Assembly: GCA_000331975.1 (NCBI GenBank)
Contig: CP003263.1
Coordinates: forward strand, 150,001-182,000
DNA: 32,000 bases
Reading direction: 5' to 3'
Source of the DNA: Candidatus Uzinura diaspidicola str. ASNER
Lineage (GTDB): Bacteria; Bacteroidota; Bacteroidia; Flavobacteriales; Blattabacteriaceae
Below the pieces are notes generated by a model, which saw only the letters and a program-made list of their open reading frames with translations, was not told the origin of the DNA and made no database searches. Both the position numbers and the translations under genes were made by a program. Below are positions 28,259 to 32,000 of this stretch, piece after piece; the first letter of the stretch is position 1, and every line of letters begins with the position of its first letter.

Positions 28259-29188
28259 TTACTTAAAATTATATTTAACTCCAGTGTTATTTATAGTAGA
28301 TATATAAATTCTATACTTTATAGGCAAAAAAGTATATATTTCAGTCATACGTTTAGCTATCTTTTCTGCTATATCTTTGTTTTTACTTAACATAAATACG
28401 GAAGGCCCTGATCCAGAAATACCACCTCCTATAGCTCCTACTTTTTTGCATTCAATTTTCAACGCATAAAATGCAGGAATAAAAATAGAACGAAGTGGTT
28501 CTGCGATAAAATCTTCTAGAGATCTGTTAAGGAGATAAACGTCATCTCTATATAAAGCTGAAACTAAAGCACCGACATTCCCCCACTGTTTAACAGCATC
28601 TTTCATAGATACTTTTTTATTTAATATTTGTCTTGCATCAAGGGTTTTTATTTCAATATCGGGATGTATTATAGTGGCCCAAAGTTTTTTAGGAGAAGGA
28701 AGTGAAATAATTTCCAAGGGACAATAGCTTTTCACAAGTGAAATTCCACCTAAAATAGCAGGTGCTACATTATCTGCATGGCCAGTGCCACTGGCCAGTC
28801 TTTCTCCTTCTAGAGCAAATTTAATAAGATCAATGGGTTTTAAGTTGGTTCCTAAAAGAATATTTGCGCCAACAGCAGCACCTGCAGCACTCGCTGCACT
28901 GGACCCTATTCCACTTCCAGGTTTTATATTTTTATATATTTCTACTTCTATTCCTAATTTCTTATTAGAAAGATGGTGTAATATCTTTTCTAAAACTACC
29001 CCAACTACGTTTTTATCAGGTTGTTTGGATAGCTGAGCTCCTAATATCTTGGTAATATGGACTCCAGGAGAAGGTGATTTTCTAAAAATCATCTCATCTG
29101 CAGGTTCATTTAATGCCATACCTAGCACATCAAATCCACAACATAGATTAGCTATAGTAGCTGGAGAATATACTTGAACTTCTTTCAT
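28259..29188 (-). CDS. thrB: homoserine kinase
   Basis: ..VYSPATIANLCCGFDVLG...KNIKPGSGIGSSAASAAGA.. is the GHMP kinase motif. There is a 4-nt overlap with thrA. Confidence 0.93.
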   Translation of the reverse strand: MKEVQVYSPATIANLCCGFDVLGMALNEPADEMIFRKSPSPGVHITKILGAQLSKQPDKNVVGVVLEKILHHLSNKKLGIEVEIYKNIKPGSGIGSSAASAAGAAVGANILLGTNLKPIDLIKFALEGERLASGTGHADNVAPAILGGISLVKSYCPLEIISLPSPKKLWATIIHPDIEIKTLDARQILNKKVSMKDAVKQWGNVGALVSALYRDDVYLLNRSLEDFIAEPLRSIFIPAFYALKIECKKVGAIGGGISGSGPSVFMLSKNKDIAEKIAKRMTEIYTFLPIKYRIYISTINNTGVKYNFK

Positions 29189-31533
29189 ATAGAAGCTTTA
29201 ATTATATCTGTAAAAATGCCAGAAGCTGTTACTTCTGCACCTGCACCTGCCCCTTTTACAAGCAGAGGTAGATCAGAATAACGGTCAGTAGTATAAAGAA
29301 TCATGTTATCTTTACTCTCTAGGTGATAAAATTGATGTTGAAATTCTATATATTTTAACCCAACATAAGATTCACCATACTTATATTTTGCTATAAAACG
29401 GAGACGTTTTCTCTGTTCTTTAGCTACTAAACTACGTTTAGTAAAAAATTCTTCATTATAAATAAGTTCTTGGTAAAAATTATCTACTGTAAAAGCTTTT
29501 ATACTACTTTTAGTTAATAAGGATATTTGTTTAATATCTTCTAATTCAATAGAATCACCACATTCGCGACCAAGTATAAGTATTTTTCTTATTACATCTA
29601 TGCCACTTAAGTCAATACGAGTATCAGGTTCGGTTAACCCTTTCTTTTGAGTTTCCCTTACAATATCTATAAAAGACCCAAATTGTGTTAAAATGAAGTT
29701 AAAACTTCCAGATAATACAGATTCTATAAGATGAATTTTATCTCCACTTTCTATTAAAGAATTTAGAGTGTTTATAACAGGTAACCCTGCGCCTACATTA
29801 GGTTCAAAAAAAAATGGGGCTTTGAAGTATCTGGATAGATTTTTAATATTTTTGTATTCGTGATAAGAAGATGCACAAGCGATTTTATTACATGTTACCA
29901 CGCCAATTCCTTTTCCTAATATATCATCGTATAGATGAGAAATTTCTTTGCTAGCAGTATTATCTATAAATATACTATTTCTTAAGTTTAAGTTGTATAA
30001 ATTTCCAAGAAATTCTTCTATGATCATGGGAGTTCCTAATTTTAGATTCTTTTGCCAGTTGTTAAGATTTATTCCTAATATGTCAAAAAACATTTTCTTG
30101 CTATTACATATGCCAATGACTCTTATTTGTATATGTAATTCTTCTACTAGATATTCTTTTTGTTTGTTTAGCTGCTCAATAAGTTTACTTCCTACTTGGC
30201 CTAATCCGGCCATAAAAATATGTACCTTTTTATAATGGTTATCAAAATAAATATCATGTAAAAATTTTATTGATAATTTAAAATATTTTTTTGCAATTAC
30301 TGCATAAATATTTTTTTCTGTAGACCCAATAACATTGGGCTTAATACTTTCTTTACCAAGAGCGCTAAACATATAACCTGAAGTCACTGATATATTTTTT
30401 ATATTACTAACTATGATTGAAATAATACATAATTCTTTATCTACAGAAAAAGGGTGATTCATATCATTGGTAAATTCACTTAGTATTTTGTTTTCTATAC
30501 ATAACTCTGAGGAACTTTGATTTATAAGCACATGAAAAATATCATTACTAGATAATGCTGCAAACTGATTAAAATAACCAGGCATACCTAATTTTCTTTT
30601 TAAAGACAAAAATGTTATATTTTTCATACCTGTTATTACTGTAATTAGGCTTTTAGTTTTAAAAGTAGAAAATATAAGAGTCCCCATTTCTAATGGGGAA
30701 AAAGTATTTAGAATTATGATAGGAATATTTTTTTTCATGGAAGTAAGAAGCGTAGGGGGATAAAGAATCTCAGCGCCCAAATAGGAAATTTCTATCGCTT
30801 CTCTATAAGAAATATTTTTCACAGGAAAAGCTTTAGAAACTATTTTAGGGCTTACTGTCATTATTCCACTTACATCAGAATATATCTCCATATATTCTGA
30901 TTGAATAGAAGCAGAAAAAATAGATGCAGTAAAATCTGACCCGCCTCTACCAAGAGTAGCAATTTCTTTTTCATTTTTAGCAGCAATGAATCCTGGGAGA
31001 ATAATATAAGGCGTATTATCGTTAATAAAAAGAGATTTAACATCATCTAGATTTACTTGTATACTTTTCTTCATAATAAAATTTCTGCTATCTTTCCATT
31101 TAGAAGGAAATCCGCTTGCTTTTAGCTTTTCGCTTATTATGAAAGAAGATATCAATTCTCCAAAATTCATTATTTTATCTAGTGAAACTTTTGAGAAGTA
31201 CGTTATTTTACAAATACTATTATAAATTTTTTCTAAATTTTTTAGATATTTTATGATGCGGCTTATTAATTTCTTTTTATGAAGAATAGTGAATAATTCT
31301 CGTATTATCTCTAAATGATAACTTTCTATTTCATCAAGTATTAGATAATATTTTATATTTTTTTTTTCAGCATATTGAGCACATATAACTAATTGGTCAG
31401 TAATGCCTCCTATAGCAGAAACTATAATCGCATAACGATCCTCTTGTTCTTTCTTATCTATAAGAATGTAGCAAATTTGTTCTATAGCATGAACCTCACC
31501 AACAGACGTTCCTCCAAATTTGATAACTTTCAT
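29185..31533 (-). CDS. thrA: bifunctional aspartokinase / homoserine dehydrogenase
   Basis: 782 aa. The N-terminal aspartokinase reads MKVIKFGGTSVG...LGRGGSDFTAS. The C-terminal homoserine dehydrogenase reads ..IFMAGLGQVGSKL...EPNVGAGLPVI...KGAGAG.EVTASGIF.D. Confidence 0.94.
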   Translation of the reverse strand: MKVIKFGGTSVGEVHAIEQICYILIDKKEQEDRYAIIVSAIGGITDQLVICAQYAEKKNIKYYLILDEIESYHLEIIRELFTILHKKKLISRIIKYLKNLEKIYNSICKITYFSKVSLDKIMNFGELISSFIISEKLKASGFPSKWKDSRNFIMKKSIQVNLDDVKSLFINDNTPYIILPGFIAAKNEKEIATLGRGGSDFTASIFSASIQSEYMEIYSDVSGIMTVSPKIVSKAFPVKNISYREAIEISYLGAEILYPPTLLTSMKKNIPIIILNTFSPLEMGTLIFSTFKTKSLITVITGMKNITFLSLKRKLGMPGYFNQFAALSSNDIFHVLINQSSSELCIENKILSEFTNDMNHPFSVDKELCIISIIVSNIKNISVTSGYMFSALGKESIKPNVIGSTEKNIYAVIAKKYFKLSIKFLHDIYFDNHYKKVHIFMAGLGQVGSKLIEQLNKQKEYLVEELHIQIRVIGICNSKKMFFDILGINLNNWQKNLKLGTPMIIEEFLGNLYNLNLRNSIFIDNTASKEISHLYDDILGKGIGVVTCNKIACASSYHEYKNIKNLSRYFKAPFFFEPNVGAGLPVINTLNSLIESGDKIHLIESVLSGSFNFILTQFGSFIDIVRETQKKGLTEPDTRIDLSGIDVIRKILILGRECGDSIELEDIKQISLLTKSSIKAFTVDNFYQELIYNEEFFTKRSLVAKEQRKRLRFIAKYKYGESYVGLKYIEFQHQFYHLESKDNMILYTTDRYSDLPLLVKGAGAGAEVTASGIFTDIIKASI

Positions 31534-31960
31534 CTATTTTATAAGAAGATTTAAGAGTCTTTATGTAATGTATATAATTATATATGCATTGTACTAAAAA
31601 CCTATACCCTGTTCTTGTCTTTAGCTTTGGTGCTTACATCATCATTTCAGGTCTTACAGAGAAATAAGAAAGACTATCATAGTCCTTGATAAGGACTTCA
31701 AGATAAAAAGTAGGCGTATATGAAGAATTTAACACTTTTAGTACCCATAATCTTTCTATTACTTTTCCATATATATATTGATAAATAGGATTTATACACT
31801 TCTTTTTCATAGTTTCAGAAGTTAAAATATGTTTCTTTGTTTTTTTATTTTATATTCATTATTTTATTATTGTTACATACAATGGCTGTATCTTGCAGAA
31901 TCTTCTCTCACATCAATCTGCAGAAAGGTCTAATATAAAACTGTATACTAAACTAAAATC

Positions 31961-32000
31961 ATGCCGCATCCTAAAAGAAGAAAATCAAAGGCTAAAAGAG
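31961..32000 (+). CDS. rpmF: 50S ribosomal protein L32, 5' end only (runs out of the window)
   Basis: The ATG at 31961 gives MPHPKRRKSKAKR..., the characteristic L32 N-terminus (M.HPKRk.Sk.rr). Confidence 0.75.
   Translation, partial: MPHPKRRKSKAKR

Noticed and set aside
1190-30235. Seventeen ORFs of 60-100 codons lying antisense to, or out of frame within, conserved genes. They are 1190-1405(-), 5014-5199(-), 5614-5886(-), 6549-6731(-), 7405-7629(-), 8248-8445(-), 8588-8887(-), 18721-18969(-), 21490-21765(-), 22314-22499(+), 22906-23148(+), 23460-23690(+), 23843-24064(-), 26192-26383(-), 27030-27266(+), 28785-29036(+) and 29948-30235(+).
   Set aside because: Each is fully embedded opposite, or out of frame with, a strongly conserved housekeeping gene. 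Their compositions are low-complexity and rich in F/I/L/S/Y, as is typical of chance ORFs in AT-rich DNA. None resembles a protein family I recognise.
31600-31700. A possible SRP (4.5S) RNA or other small RNA, prompted by ggtgct...caggtc strings.
   Set aside because: The conserved helix-8 core (..GGUCCGGAAGGAAGCAGCC.. with its GNRA-type loop) is absent on both strands. I could not build a convincing extended helix.
31894-31922. An inverted repeat, TGCAGA...(17 nt)...TCTGCA, about 40 nt upstream of rpmF, considered as a possible operator or terminator.
   Set aside because: It has only 6 bp of stem with a large loop and no flanking T-run. This is within chance expectation for a 400-bp AT-rich spacer.
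1-32000. A search for CRISPR arrays, IS or transposon ends, integrases, toxin-antitoxin pairs, restriction-modification or other defence or novel multi-gene systems.
   Set aside because: Every ORF longer than 100 codons is assignable to a core housekeeping or biosynthetic family. There are no direct-repeat/spacer arrays, no terminal inverted repeats and no block of unassigned genes. I see no support for a novel system in this window.

Overview
This window is gene-dense, visibly AT-rich, and reads like a strongly reduced genome of a Bacteroidetes/Flavobacteriia-type insect nutritional endosymbiont. The protein sequences look flavobacterial, but I cannot name the organism from sequence alone. 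Positions 1-8610 hold the tail of the S10 operon plus the spc and alpha ribosomal-protein operons (rplP through rplQ). After that come eno, valS, argS, thrS, infC-rpmI-rplT, def, ruvX, dapD, a CCA-enzyme/HD-domain homologue, lipA, a COG1579-type coiled-coil protein, dnaB, rplS and lipB. These are followed by a minus-strand tRNA cluster (Val-GAC, Arg-UCU, Pro-UGG), mnmE, a complete minus-strand thrA-thrB-thrC threonine operon, and the start of rpmF. Many neighbouring genes overlap by 4 nt (ATGA). I found no mobile element, CRISPR array, defence or secretion island, or any other candidate new system. The window is core housekeeping plus amino-acid and cofactor provisioning. The observations worth a second look are all signs of ongoing gene erosion. 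(1) secY, between rplO and infA, is a fragmented and shortened pseudogene. (2) valS is split by a 1-nt frameshift in a cluster of homopolymers. (3) The only CCA-adding-enzyme homologue has lost its head-domain catalytic motifs, while the three tRNAs here do not encode CCA. (4) rpmC (L29) is absent from its canonical slot. (5) Conserved functional residues appear lost in the RpoA C-terminal domain and in the COG1579 zinc ribbon. (6) A few unusually long non-coding spacers may be remains of dead genes. All motif comparisons are from memory, without alignment tools, and are flagged as such.
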